From the NCBI GenBank assembly GCA_964501185.1, contig CAZCRT010000007.1, forward strand, positions 16,581 to 80,580: a stretch of DNA of 64,000 bases. The letters run 5' to 3'. The number at the start of each line of letters is the position of its first letter. Positions within the stretch are counted from its first letter, which is position 1. A program made the position numbers and the translations under genes. Origin of the DNA: an uncultured Bacteroidia bacterium (GTDB taxonomy: Bacteria; CAIWAD01; BS150m-G50). A model generated the notes under the pieces. That model made no database searches, was not told the origin of the DNA, and worked only from the letters and a program-made list of their open reading frames with translations. Below, piece after piece: positions 8,913 to 19,722 of the stretch.

Positions 8913-10565
8913 ATGCTGACTAATCTGCGACTTGCCAACTACTTCTATTCCGATGCTCTGGAAATCAGCTTCACTGATGGACTCAATATAATCACCGGTG
9001 CAACCGGTAGTGGTAAGTCTGTATTGATTGCCGCGATTGAAGCTGCTCTGGGCAGTCGTAAACTGCTGTCCGCTGCTGATGATGAACGCAAGAGCATTAT
9101 GGAGTGCGAGTTTCAGGCGGATCATGTCAACGGGTTGCTGGAAGCGGAAGATCTGGATCTGCTGCCTGCCCTGCAGTTGCGACGTGAAATCAGGCCGGAT
9201 AACACTTCCCGATTCTTCATAAACGACACACCGGTACGAATGAAGCTGGTGCGTAATCTTGGTGATCATCTGGTTGACTTCCATTCACAGAATGACCTCA
9301 GCCTCCTGCTGCGAAAAAAATATCACACTACTTATGTCGACTCCTTTGCGGGTGCTGTTAACGCCCGGAAGCAGTACGACCGGTCATGGCAAAGCTGGCG
9401 CAGGACAGTCATGCAACTGCAGCAGTTGGACGAGCAGTTGCGGCATGAGTTGGAAAAGCAGGAACTGCACCAGTTTCAATTACGGGAGTTGCAGACTGCG
9501 CAACTGGCCCCCGATGAGGACAGCAAACTGACCCGGTCTGAAAAAATACTCTCCAATGCAGAAATACTCCTGCTCGATATCCAACTGGTACGTCAGACAT
9601 TGGACGGAGATGAAGAGTCGGTTCGCAGCTCCCTGCACCAGGCACAGAAAGCAATGGAGAGAATCAAGTCGCAGAGCGGGCTTGGTGAAGAAGCACTGCA
9701 GACCCTGAAAGAGGCTGCAATAGCTGTTGAAGATGTCGCATTGCAGGTGAGCGCCCTGGATGATCAGGTCGAACACAACCCGGAGCGGCTCGAGGAAATC
9801 AGACAGCGGCTGGAAGTTGTCAACGGTATGAAACGGAAATACGGCCCCACGCTGAAAGATGTTCTACTGCGGCAGCAGGCGCTGGAAAACGGCAGGAACG
9901 ATCTACTGGAGCTGCAACAGGAACGGGACCAGGTAGCCACGCTTCAGGAGGAGCAGCTCCAGACGCTGAAGCAGGCTGCGGATAAACTCACACGCGCCCG
10001 GACTGAAAGCGGGAATGAAATTTCAACCAGAGTTAACCCTTTGCTGCGGGAGCTGGGCATCCAGGGAGACGGATTGGAAGTAATACTTACACCCCGCGCT
10101 GATTTCCCCCATGCGGATGGAGCAGAGCAGTGTGAGTTTCATATTTCAACAAATCCCGGTATGGCTGCTGAACCTCTGGAAACAGTAGCTTCCGGTGGGG
10201 AAATGTCCCGCATCATGCTGGCACTGAAATCGGTCAGTGCTGACTTTGAACCACAGAGTGTACTGGTCTTCGATGAGATCGACAGGGGTGTATCCGGAAA
10301 AGCGGCAGCAGCTGTAGGTAAGCGTCTGCAGGCCCTGGCACAGACGCGGCAGGTAATTTGTATTACGCACCTGCCACAGATTGCCGCACTGGGGGATAAT
10401 CATCTCAGCGTAATCAAGGATGCTGAAAAAAACAGCACCAGGATCCGGGTGAAAGAGCTGAACCGGGAGGAGCGGGTTGAAGAGCTGGCTTCACTGGCGG
10501 GTAGCAGCGAAGTTACCGACGCGGATCGCAAGTACGCCATGCAATTATTGACACAGGATAACTGA
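8913..10565 (+). CDS. recN: DNA repair protein RecN
   Basis: TGATGSGKS Walker A, long coiled coil, ASGGEMSRIMLA, FDEIDRGVSG, QVICITHLPQIAA. Confidence 0.97.
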   Translation: MLTNLRLANYFYSDALEISFTDGLNIITGATGSGKSVLIAAIEAALGSRKLLSAADDERKSIMECEFQADHVNGLLEAEDLDLLPALQLRREIRPDNTSRFFINDTPVRMKLVRNLGDHLVDFHSQNDLSLLLRKKYHTTYVDSFAGAVNARKQYDRSWQSWRRTVMQLQQLDEQLRHELEKQELHQFQLRELQTAQLAPDEDSKLTRSEKILSNAEILLLDIQLVRQTLDGDEESVRSSLHQAQKAMERIKSQSGLGEEALQTLKEAAIAVEDVALQVSALDDQVEHNPERLEEIRQRLEVVNGMKRKYGPTLKDVLLRQQALENGRNDLLELQQERDQVATLQEEQLQTLKQAADKLTRARTESGNEISTRVNPLLRELGIQGDGLEVILTPRADFPHADGAEQCEFHISTNPGMAAEPLETVASGGEMSRIMLALKSVSADFEPQSVLVFDEIDRGVSGKAAAAVGKRLQALAQTRQVICITHLPQIAALGDNHLSVIKDAEKNSTRIRVKELNREERVEELASLAGSSEVTDADRKYAMQLLTQDN

Positions 10566-10582
10566 CTATAAGGAGCAGCCAC

Positions 10583-13500
10583 TTGGGCTTTGTTCATCTG
10601 CATAATCATTCCGACTACAGTATTCTGGATGGTGCAGCCAGTGTGAAAAATCTGGTGCGCAAGGCTTCCGAGCTGGAGATGTCCGCAATCGCCCTGACAG
10701 ATCACGGCAACATGTACGGTGCGATGGAGTTCTATCTGACCGCGCAGAAGGCCGGAATCAAACCGATTATCGGTTGCGAAGCCTATATCGCACCCGGCAG
10801 CCGTCATGAAAGGGGCGCAAAAAAGCGACCCGACGCCCCCAGAACCCGCAACTACTATCATCTGGTTCTGCTTGCAAAAAACATGACCGGGTACCGCAAT
10901 CTCACCCGGCTTTCCTCCCTCAGTTTTCTGGAGGGCTTTTATTACAAACCTCGTATCGACTGGGAAATCCTGCAGCAACATCATGAGGGAGTCATCTGCC
11001 TTTCCGCCTGTATCAGCGGTGAGATCAGCCTGCTGCTGATTGAAGACAAAGATGAGCAGGCAAGGCAGCGCGTTCTGGAGTATCGGGAACTCTTCGGGGA
11101 TGATTATTATCTCGAAATCCAGAATCATGGGCTGGACCGGGAAGATAAAGCCCGCCGTAAAATGATAGAGCTGAGCAGGGAGCTATCCGTTCCCCTGGTC
11201 GCCACAAATGACATCCACTACATAGAGAAGGAGCATTACCTCTCCCATGATGTGCTGCTCTGTATGCGGCATCAGCATGTACACAATCCGCACGATATCC
11301 AGTACAACACCGATCAACTCTACTTCAAAAGCGAAGAGGAGATGCGCCGTCTTTTTGCCGATACACCGGAAGCGCTCGATGTTACGATCGACATCGCTGA
11401 CAAAGTTGATCTGCAATTGAAATTTGGTGAATACCATCTGCCCCGTTTCCCGATAGCCGCAGACAGTGAGTCGACAACGATTGAGGGATTTTTCGCTGAG
11501 AGAGCACTTGCCGGTCTGCATGAACGGTTCACCGACATCGGGCCGAAGCAGCTGGAACGGCTCAACTACGAGATCAAGGTGATTCAGGAAATGGGCTTCT
11601 CTGCCTATATGTTGATCGTTCAGGATTTCATCCATCATGCCAGACGGCACAACTGCCGGGTTGGCCCGGGACGGGGGTCTGCCGCCGGCTCGCTGGTAGC
11701 TTATGCGATGGGGATCACCGATATCAATCCACTGGAGTACGATCTGCTCTTTGAAAGGTTCCTCAACCCGGAGCGGGTCAGTATGCCGGATATTGATATC
11801 GATTTCGACGATCTGCACCGGGGTGAGGTCTACGAGTATGTAAAGGAAAAGTATGGCGTTGACAATGTCGCCCAGATAATCACTTTCAACCGGATGAAAC
11901 CGAAAGCGGCTATCAAAGCGGTTGCCCGCGCTCTGGGAATTCCTTTCGGTGAAGCTAACAGAGTCAGCAAGCTCTATCCTGATGAAGCTGCATCGCTGGA
12001 TGATGGACTGAAATTAAGTCCGGAGCTGCGACAGGCTTTTGAGGGTGATGAGATCAATCAGTCCTGGTTGCAACACTCCCTCGTGCTGGAAAACTTCAAC
12101 AGCACAATCGGTAAACATGCCGCCGGTGTTGTTATCGCCCCCACAGTGCTGACCGATTATCTGCCGCTGGCTCGCTCTGTTGAGGAGGACGTCCTCACTC
12201 AGTACGACCTCAACTATATCGAGGAGATGGGACTCCTGAAGATGGACTTCCTGGGTCTGACCACCCTCAGCATTGTAGAGGGTGCCCTGGAGCGTATCCG
12301 GCAACATGACGCTGATGTCGATATCGACTCCATCCCCAAAGATGATAAAGAGGTTTACGAACTCTTCAGCCGTGGTGAGACGATCGGGATTTTCCAGTTT
12401 GAAAGTAGCGGTATGCGGGAGAATCTGAAAAAACTGCAACCGACATCGCTGGAAGACCTGATTGCCATGAATGCACTTTACCGGCCCGGTCCGATGGATA
12501 ATATTGGCTCTTTCATCGCCCGTAAGCATGGCCGTGAACCGATTGAATATGCCCACTACCTGCTGGCGCCGTTACTGCAGAACACTTACGGTGTTATAGT
12601 CTACCAGGAGCAGGTGATGCAGGTGGTCAGTGAGATCGGCGGATTCTCCCTCGGTAAAGCGGATATCCTGCGCAAAGCCATGGGGAAGAAGAAGGTTGCC
12701 ATCATGGACGAGATGAAGCCGGAGTTTATGCAGGGTGCTGCAGAGCGGGGACTGGAGGGGCGGACTGCAGAAGTGATCTGGCAGCTGATCTACAAGTTTT
12801 CGAATTATGGCTTCAACAAAGCACACGCGGCTGCTTACACCTGGCTGGCCTATCAGACCGCCTGGCTCAAGGTCCATCATCCGGCTGAATATATGGCGGC
12901 AGTGATGAGCTCCACGGATGATCTGGAGACGCTGGCGCTGTTTCGCAACGAGGCACAACGGCTCGGTATCGAGATCATCTATCCTGATATCAACAAGAGT
13001 ACGCACACTTTTGATGTGCGGGATAAGAAGATCTACTACGGACTCTCTGCTATCAAAAATGTCGGCAAAGGGGGTATTGAAGCTATTACTGCCGAACGGG
13101 AACGGCAGGGAGAATTCACCGATCTACTGGATCTGGTCAGTCGTATCGACCTGAAACGGGTGCCACGTCGAGCGCTGGAGTGTTTGATACAGGCTGGCGC
13201 GCTCGATTGCCTGCCGGGGCATCGTTCTCAGATGATGATGGGACTCGATGATGCTATCCGCTATGCAGAAGTACTGGCTGATGAAAAAGCCCGTAATCAG
13301 ATCAGTCTCTTTGAGGAGTGGGAGGAGCAGTCAGGTGTAGTGCTCAAACCGGTATTGCAGGATATTCCGGAATGGCTGGAACTGGAGCGGTTGGCACGCG
13401 AAATGGAGATGCTGGGATTCTATGTTTCCGGGCATCCACTGATGCTGTACGAGGACGAAGTGCGTTTCTTCTCGACAGTCTCTCTGGCTCAACTGTCCCA

Positions 13501-14011
13501 GGTGACAGATGGTACGGTAGTCCGGCTTTCCGGGATACTGTCTGAAGTCAGTCGGCGTGTGATCAAGAGTCGCAACAAACCGATGATACTGTTCCGTTTG
13601 TCTGATATGACAGGCGGTGTCAAAATGCGGATGTTTGACGAGGCCATCCAGCAGTTTCAGGAACTGGTGGTTGATGGCGCACTGCTTTCCATTAAGGGCC
13701 GTCTGCGCAACCGTGATGATGATATGATTGTAACGGTAGAGCAGGTAATTCCACTTGAGCAGGTGAAGGAAAAACTGGCACGGCGAATCACTATTGATCT
13801 TGAGGATGAACTGCTGCCGGAGGAATTGATCAACAGGTTGGAAACCCTCTGTCTCAATTGTCCCGGCACGACCCGCCTTCGTTTTCTGCTGACCGCCAGA
13901 GATGACAAACGGTTGACCCTGCAATCGGAGAAATACAGCGTGAAAGTGACAAACGAGCTGATCGGTGAAATGAAGGAGCTGGTGCATCCCCGACGTGTGG
14001 TACTGGACTGA
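10583..14011 (+). CDS. dnaE: DNA polymerase III subunit alpha
   Basis: PHP domain (HLHNHSDYS, ALTDHGN), GRGSAAGS, PDIDIDF, LLKMDFLGL and a C-terminal OB fold. TTG start after AGGAG. Confidence 0.98.
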   Translation: MGFVHLHNHSDYSILDGAASVKNLVRKASELEMSAIALTDHGNMYGAMEFYLTAQKAGIKPIIGCEAYIAPGSRHERGAKKRPDAPRTRNYYHLVLLAKNMTGYRNLTRLSSLSFLEGFYYKPRIDWEILQQHHEGVICLSACISGEISLLLIEDKDEQARQRVLEYRELFGDDYYLEIQNHGLDREDKARRKMIELSRELSVPLVATNDIHYIEKEHYLSHDVLLCMRHQHVHNPHDIQYNTDQLYFKSEEEMRRLFADTPEALDVTIDIADKVDLQLKFGEYHLPRFPIAADSESTTIEGFFAERALAGLHERFTDIGPKQLERLNYEIKVIQEMGFSAYMLIVQDFIHHARRHNCRVGPGRGSAAGSLVAYAMGITDINPLEYDLLFERFLNPERVSMPDIDIDFDDLHRGEVYEYVKEKYGVDNVAQIITFNRMKPKAAIKAVARALGIPFGEANRVSKLYPDEAASLDDGLKLSPELRQAFEGDEINQSWLQHSLVLENFNSTIGKHAAGVVIAPTVLTDYLPLARSVEEDVLTQYDLNYIEEMGLLKMDFLGLTTLSIVEGALERIRQHDADVDIDSIPKDDKEVYELFSRGETIGIFQFESSGMRENLKKLQPTSLEDLIAMNALYRPGPMDNIGSFIARKHGREPIEYAHYLLAPLLQNTYGVIVYQEQVMQVVSEIGGFSLGKADILRKAMGKKKVAIMDEMKPEFMQGAAERGLEGRTAEVIWQLIYKFSNYGFNKAHAAAYTWLAYQTAWLKVHHPAEYMAAVMSSTDDLETLALFRNEAQRLGIEIIYPDINKSTHTFDVRDKKIYYGLSAIKNVGKGGIEAITAERERQGEFTDLLDLVSRIDLKRVPRRALECLIQAGALDCLPGHRSQMMMGLDDAIRYAEVLADEKARNQISLFEEWEEQSGVVLKPVLQDIPEWLELERLAREMEMLGFYVSGHPLMLYEDEVRFFSTVSLAQLSQVTDGTVVRLSGILSEVSRRVIKSRNKPMILFRLSDMTGGVKMRMFDEAIQQFQELVVDGALLSIKGRLRNRDDDMIVTVEQVIPLEQVKEKLARRITIDLEDELLPEELINRLETLCLNCPGTTRLRFLLTARDDKRLTLQSEKYSVKVTNELIGEMKELVHPRRVVLD

Positions 14012-14478
14012 TGCGGGCGGTAGTGCAACGTGTCAGCCAGGCGCAGGTAACGGTTGCTTCCGGTGAATGCCGGTCGATAGGTGCAGGACTGGTAATCCTG
14101 CTGGCAGTTACCCATGAAGATCAGGAGGAGCAGCTTGACCGTCTGCTGCAGAAAATCGTCAGTCTGCGTATCTTCGATGATGAGGAGGGGGTCATGAACC
14201 GTTCGCTGCTGGAGAGTGGGGGGCAGGCGCTGGTAGTTTCGCAGTTCACGCTCTATGGGGACACCCGGCGTGGTAATCGGCCATCGTATACCCGTTCCGC
14301 CCCTGCAGCGGTTGCAGTGCCTCTGTATGAAATGTTCATCAGGCGATTGGTGGAATTGGAAATAGAGGTGCAGAGTGGTGAATTTGGTGATATGATGGAT
14401 CTGCAGTTGACCAACAGCGGTCCGGTTACTATTTTGCTGGACAGTGATCATGCAGCGCGTAGCCAGACACCGTTTTAA
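14011..14478 (+). CDS. dtd: D-aminoacyl-tRNA deacylase
   Basis: MRAVVQRV, VVSQFTL, RPSY, GEFG..M...LTNSGPVT. Confidence 0.96.
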   Translation: MRAVVQRVSQAQVTVASGECRSIGAGLVILLAVTHEDQEEQLDRLLQKIVSLRIFDDEEGVMNRSLLESGGQALVVSQFTLYGDTRRGNRPSYTRSAPAAVAVPLYEMFIRRLVELEIEVQSGEFGDMMDLQLTNSGPVTILLDSDHAARSQTPF

Positions 14479-14569
14479 AGCACCCGGTCGATCTGTTGAA
14501 ACCTGTAGCAGCTGTACACTGGATCATTTGAATCCGTTTTTAGAAGAAGGACAGAGACCGGACGAGGTT

Positions 14570-15310
14570 ATGATGAGAACAGTATCTCCCTGGAAACGCC
14601 TGTTGCCATTTCTGTTGCTGCTGACAGCTACAGCCTGTGATACACGCACCTATCCCGGTGGTGGCGGCGATGACGGTGACGACGGTCCTGCCTGGGCTGC
14701 CGACAGCGTTGCCATAACTTACGCACCTGCTTCAGCGGTCGGCCTGGACTCCCTGGCAATTGAGATCAATGCTTTTGCTTTCCGTAACGGTGAAGCCCGT
14801 TCCGGCCTGCGGGTCTACTGGGGAGTTCTGCAGCTGGACGAAGCGGCGGGTTATTTCCTTCACACTGAGGTCGAATCAGCCAGTGTGCCACCTGGCAAGG
14901 CAACCGGTGTCTTCATCAGTGGCAGTTCACCATCCGGCAGGGTACGGCTTTTTGTGGAACCTGTTGTCGGTTACGGTGGTGACAGTGTTGATGTTATACT
15001 TCACAAACGACCACAACTGACACTTCCTGCAGATACAGCCATGGCAGACACAACTATTGATATCGTTTTACCATTATCGCTGTATGACGACCGCCAGCAA
15101 CCTCTGGCGCAACAACGACTTTTCTTTGATGCCTATCCACAATATGGTTATGTGTCAGCCTTTGTGGATACAGACCAGAATGGAGATGCTGAAATCTCCT
15201 TTGATGCAAATGGTTACGCTGAGACTTTTACCATTATCGGCTGGATGTCGCAGTTTTACGGTGTGGTGAGAGATACACTGTATATTGAGGTATGGGAAAC
15301 CGGTCTGTAA
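14570..15310 (+). CDS. Hypothetical lipoprotein with two Ig/invasin-like domains
   Basis: RBS GAGG, ATG 14570, lipobox LTATA-C. Beta-rich sequence with a VDTDQNGDA motif. Confidence 0.6.
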   Translation: MMRTVSPWKRLLPFLLLLTATACDTRTYPGGGGDDGDDGPAWAADSVAITYAPASAVGLDSLAIEINAFAFRNGEARSGLRVYWGVLQLDEAAGYFLHTEVESASVPPGKATGVFISGSSPSGRVRLFVEPVVGYGGDSVDVILHKRPQLTLPADTAMADTTIDIVLPLSLYDDRQQPLAQQRLFFDAYPQYGYVSAFVDTDQNGDAEISFDANGYAETFTIIGWMSQFYGVVRDTLYIEVWETGL

Positions 15311-15487
15311 GCTGCAAATAGTGATATTCCAACAAGAATCAAAAAAGCCCATCTGAAGTGTGTGCCATTTTCCGGTATCGTTCAACGGTTACCTTAAGGT
15401 TCTTCCCAGCTTCATCCAGGTAGACATGCATTCCTTCAGTACACTACAATTCGGGCCTGTTGCACTGAAAAATGAAGGGAGACTACT

Positions 15488-15850
15488 GTGAAGACAAAGA
15501 GACTGGTTATTGCAACTTCACTGGGAATAGTTTTCGGTTTTGTTTGCCTCGCTTTCGCCTCCAGCGGCCAGCAGGAGATCACACTCGCTCTGGCAGCGAG
15601 TATTATCCTGGGTAGAACGCTGATTGGTGTTGGAATTGGTATCAGTCGGTTCTCAATCAAACACTGGTCATTACATGGAATTGTTCTGGGACTGGTTTTC
15701 AGCCTGCCGGGTTCGTTCGGGGCAATAATGGGTCCGGAAGATCCAGCCTACTCTCATACCATGGTGTTCCTGTCCACACTTGTCATGGGCATGATCTATG
15801 GATTCCTGATTGAGTTGATCACGACAGTGCTGTTCAAAGCAAAACAGTAG
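15488..15850 (+). CDS. Small 4-TM membrane protein, unknown function
   Basis: Four hydrophobic segments. GTG start after AAGGGA. Confidence 0.7.
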   Translation: MKTKRLVIATSLGIVFGFVCLAFASSGQQEITLALAASIILGRTLIGVGIGISRFSIKHWSLHGIVLGLVFSLPGSFGAIMGPEDPAYSHTMVFLSTLVMGMIYGFLIELITTVLFKAKQ

Positions 15851-16016
15851 CAATATGCTTGAAACCCCAATTCCGGGTGGGGCAGGAAAACCAATATATT
15901 ACTGGACATTATTGATGCTGGAAGTATTGTTACTATAGACCATACTCTGGTTTCCCTTGATGATAACCAGGATTCTGTTTTACCAACTGTCGCGTACTAA
16001 GAAAAAGGAGTTGCTC

Positions 16017-17825
16017 ATGCGAACTTTCAGAATGGCTTTATCAATGATCCTGTTGTTTGCAGCTGCCACGGCGATGGCGCAGGCACCACAATCATTCCGC
16101 AGTATCGCTACCGGTGGTACAATTGATGATAACCTTGATATTTCCTTTGATCCGATTGAATTGCGTTTCATCGAAGGGATGCATTTCTACACAAACCTTT
16201 CCAACCTGACCAGCAGCACAGAAAGGTTATTAAATAATGTCTGTGATAATGAGTTCATGCTGGGAGTATCCCTGCCCAATCCCTGGCTCAGCAATCTCTG
16301 GACTGCATTTGCCTGGCAGATGGAGAACACAGAGAATTCAAACTTTGTTGTGATTGATCCTGACTGGACCTACGGCAATATGCCACAGGAAAATGGTGTT
16401 GGTATGCTGGACTACAATTACATTGCCTGGCTCGATACAAACTTTGATGGTGTCTACGACCAGCAGCAGTCAATTTTCCAGGAGGTAACAGATTATAATA
16501 CTAACGACAGTTACGGTTTTACCCTCAATAACAGCTATCTGACCGATATGGGCACATTTGGTGTGTTGATTGCCAGGAGGAGCCAGGTTATGACCGGTGA
16601 TATCGCCTCTGCCGGAAACCTGGGTAGCGGTTATGGCCCCTTGAGTCAACAGGCTGCAGGTTCCCAGACTTTCAGACGTTCTGTAACCATCCACGATGAG
16701 GGTGGTGATTATGATATAACCGACTGGTCGGAGAATGGCACATACGAGACAACGAACACTGATGCCAATACCTGGGTAAACATGGCTTTCATGACCGAAT
16801 GGAATGAGTACGAAGTCCGTGGCGACTTCGGCTTCAATTCACAATCCGATATGATAGAGGGTAGTGATCGCTATCACGGTGAAGTTGACGATAACGACCC
16901 ATCGATCAGTGGTTACACTGATACTTACCGGGAAACCGATACATTTGAAGAGAAACAGAATGAAGAGGGATCAACATTTACACTGGCAGGCTCCATTCGT
17001 GAAACTCTTCAGCAGGGAACCTCCCGGCTGAACGACGGTTACTGGCAGGCGGGTGTCAGTATGCAGTTCGGTGGTTGTGATTACGAAGCTTCCGAAGCAT
17101 CCGACTTCTCCAGTGCAGAGGATTACTTCGACGGTAATAATGCAGGTGGCCTGGACTTTCAGGAAACTGTAAGTCGGTCGGAGTTGACCAGTGATAAAGG
17201 TACAGCCGATGATTTCGGTTTCAGTTTCTGGAGTGTATATAACCGGCAGCTGGGCGACAACCTCACATTTGGTTTTGGCGCTGGTTGGAATAGCAATTCC
17301 ACTACCCGTTCCACTGACTACGTAGTAGATTTCCGTGAGGTTACCAATTATGACTACTACGATAACGCATTTAATGACGACTGGGAACAGACTGAGACTC
17401 AGGAATTTGGTGCTGACCGTACCTGGGAACGCACTGCTTCAACATTCAGCTGCCCGGTAGGACTTGAGTACCGCACCGGTAAGCGGGGGCAATGGGCCTG
17501 GCGTTGTGGATCACGCTTCAGCCGTACAAGCATTGTAACTACTGACGATCTACAGGCAGTAGCATCTGAAACCACACCCTATACAACTGTGCGCGACTAT
17601 GATGGTGCTACCCCTGACACAGAAGTGATTACTGACAATCGGTACGGGTCTTCACGGGAAGAGATTCACGACACTTTCAGTATTACAACTTTCTATTATG
17701 GCATGGGTTACACACCGACTGATAATCTGCAGGTTGATGTGATCTATATGTTTAATGGTGGTTTTGATCTGCTCGATTCCGATTTCTTCCGGGATCTGCG
17801 GATTTCGATTACTTTGAATAATTAA
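16017..17825 (+). CDS. Putative outer-membrane beta-barrel protein, acidic, unknown family (paralog A)
   Basis: RBS AAGGAG before ATG 16017, signal peptide (ATAMA), amphipathic strands, DTNFDG loop and terminal strand LRISITLNN. Confidence 0.6.
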   Translation: MRTFRMALSMILLFAAATAMAQAPQSFRSIATGGTIDDNLDISFDPIELRFIEGMHFYTNLSNLTSSTERLLNNVCDNEFMLGVSLPNPWLSNLWTAFAWQMENTENSNFVVIDPDWTYGNMPQENGVGMLDYNYIAWLDTNFDGVYDQQQSIFQEVTDYNTNDSYGFTLNNSYLTDMGTFGVLIARRSQVMTGDIASAGNLGSGYGPLSQQAAGSQTFRRSVTIHDEGGDYDITDWSENGTYETTNTDANTWVNMAFMTEWNEYEVRGDFGFNSQSDMIEGSDRYHGEVDDNDPSISGYTDTYRETDTFEEKQNEEGSTFTLAGSIRETLQQGTSRLNDGYWQAGVSMQFGGCDYEASEASDFSSAEDYFDGNNAGGLDFQETVSRSELTSDKGTADDFGFSFWSVYNRQLGDNLTFGFGAGWNSNSTTRSTDYVVDFREVTNYDYYDNAFNDDWEQTETQEFGADRTWERTASTFSCPVGLEYRTGKRGQWAWRCGSRFSRTSIVTTDDLQAVASETTPYTTVRDYDGATPDTEVITDNRYGSSREEIHDTFSITTFYYGMGYTPTDNLQVDVIYMFNGGFDLLDSDFFRDLRISITLNN

Positions 17826-17848
17826 GCTATACCCTGTATGAGCTTGTG

Positions 17849-17876
17849 AAAAACCCGCCTTGAGGGCGGGTTTTTT
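17849..17876. terminator. Bidirectional Rho-independent terminator
   Basis: AAAAACCCGCC-TTGAG-GGCGGGTTTTTT between convergent genes. Confidence 0.92.
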
Positions 17877-17921
17877 GTAGTACTGAATTGGGGACCGACT
17901 CTTAATCTTCAGATCATTCGA

Positions 17922-19718
17922 TCAGTCCAGATTCAACGATACTGAAAGTCTCAGGCAGCGATAGAAATCAGCATCGATTATCTGTGACCCGGCTGTCATG
18001 CCCAGGAAACCCAGCAGATCGATTTGCAGATTACTGGTGGGATAGTACCCAAGTCCATAGCTGAAGAGAGTATTGCTGGTAGTCCGTCGGCTCTGTGAGC
18101 TGGTAGACTGGAAAGTGTTATCAGACAGATTGACTGTCACTTCACCATCACCAAATTCAGTAGTTGTAGTGAAAGGATCGCTGTCAGTCACCTGAAATGA
18201 CTCGTTCTGCACGACAGACTGTTGCTGGAAGCGGGCACCCAGACGCATCTCCCAGTTTTTCTTCTTGCCGTAACGCCAGGAAACACCTACCGGGACGACC
18301 ACTGTTGTTATGAAATCCTCACAGGTGTGATCAGCGGTCATGTTTTCAGTATGGGTGGTAACAATATCATTAGCATCATCGATGTTATCGTTCTGGTTGA
18401 AACTGGTGATACTTACCATCCGCTCGACATAATCAGTCTCGGTCGTTATCCGGGTGTTTATCAGCCGGACTGCACCGCCGAATTGAACCTGAGAAGTCAG
18501 GGGGCGGTTATAGCGGAGAAAGAGGGAACTGGAGAATGAATCCCGGGTACCGTTGTCATCGATGTAGACATTGTTGTCAGCAGTTGTCGCATAATCATTG
18601 GCTGGTGTATCATCACCATCGAAGAAGTTTTCACTGCTGCTGAAAGGTGAGCTGGTGCTCTGAGTATAATCGTAGGATCCGAAACCGAGATTGCCACCCG
18701 CCTGCCAATAACCATCGTTTACAGCGTCATCCTCTTCAGCGAAAGTATGTCGGATACTTCCCCCAATGCGCATTTCGCTTCCCTTTACTTCCTCTATGCT
18801 GGTGTACTGATCCATTTCCTCATAGTTGTCGAAATGATCAGGATTTTCCCTGTCGAAATCCGCTCTGTTCGCTTCATAGCTATCATTGATCTCTAACAGG
18901 TCTTCCTCACCATGAAAACTGAAATCTACTCTCGCTTCATGATTGTCCAGGAATGGCAGCATAGCTGCTAATGTGAATTCACTCTCACGTTGTACGTTAT
19001 TCCAGGAGAAGTCACCATTATCACCCCAACTCCAGTCAGTATCACCTTCCGGCAGCAGTACAAGGTCCAGCTCACGTGTGTAGCTGGGATCACCTGGCGC
19101 AACCGGATTGAAGACCGTTCCTGAACCCAGATTGGAAGAAGCCCGGGTATCAGATGCTTCCGTTGTCCTGCGGTTGTAACGGGCACCTAAGGTCAGTTCA
19201 TCAAATCGAAAAGTGTTATTGATGAGAAATCCCCGGTTGTTCTGAGTATCGAAATCCTGTACGGTTTGATGTGTAGTAGTAAGTGTGTTGTACAGACCAT
19301 CGCCATCAGTATCAAGGTGTTCGGTGTAGATGTCCTCAAGCTCACCGTTACCATCTATATTCCAGAAACCGTCCAGATCGCTATCGATAGATACCCATTG
19401 CGGGGTTTCAGTGTTGCGTGATTGAAGCATTCCGGAGACCCACCACTGTTCGAGAAATGGCAGACGGGAGGATACACCCATAAGGAATTCACCATCAGAA
19501 ACAGCGTTGAAGACCTCTTCATTGGTACTGGTCAGATTGCTCAGATTGGTGTAAAGCCTCACACCTTCAACTCTGAATAGATTGACAGGATCAAATATAT
19601 AGTCGAGGTTGTCGTCGATGGCGCCACCGGTAGCGTTATTGCGAAATGACGCTGCGGGTTGAGCCTGTACAGCTACCGTAAAAATAAATGTGATGAGAAA
19701 AATCATTCTTAAACGCAT
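17922..19718 (-). CDS. Putative outer-membrane beta-barrel protein (paralog B)
   Basis: RBS GGAGGAG before the start at 19718 and a signal peptide (AVQA). Clearly similar to 16017..17825. Loops DSDLDG and DTDGDG. Confidence 0.6.
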   Translation of the reverse strand: MRLRMIFLITFIFTVAVQAQPAASFRNNATGGAIDDNLDYIFDPVNLFRVEGVRLYTNLSNLTSTNEEVFNAVSDGEFLMGVSSRLPFLEQWWVSGMLQSRNTETPQWVSIDSDLDGFWNIDGNGELEDIYTEHLDTDGDGLYNTLTTTHQTVQDFDTQNNRGFLINNTFRFDELTLGARYNRRTTEASDTRASSNLGSGTVFNPVAPGDPSYTRELDLVLLPEGDTDWSWGDNGDFSWNNVQRESEFTLAAMLPFLDNHEARVDFSFHGEEDLLEINDSYEANRADFDRENPDHFDNYEEMDQYTSIEEVKGSEMRIGGSIRHTFAEEDDAVNDGYWQAGGNLGFGSYDYTQSTSSPFSSSENFFDGDDTPANDYATTADNNVYIDDNGTRDSFSSSLFLRYNRPLTSQVQFGGAVRLINTRITTETDYVERMVSITSFNQNDNIDDANDIVTTHTENMTADHTCEDFITTVVVPVGVSWRYGKKKNWEMRLGARFQQQSVVQNESFQVTDSDPFTTTTEFGDGEVTVNLSDNTFQSTSSQSRRTTSNTLFSYGLGYYPTSNLQIDLLGFLGMTAGSQIIDADFYRCLRLSVSLNLD

Positions 19719-19722
19719 CGTT

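Noticed and set aside
10583-14011. Intein in DnaE
   Set aside because: Length (1142 aa) is normal and there are no splicing motifs.
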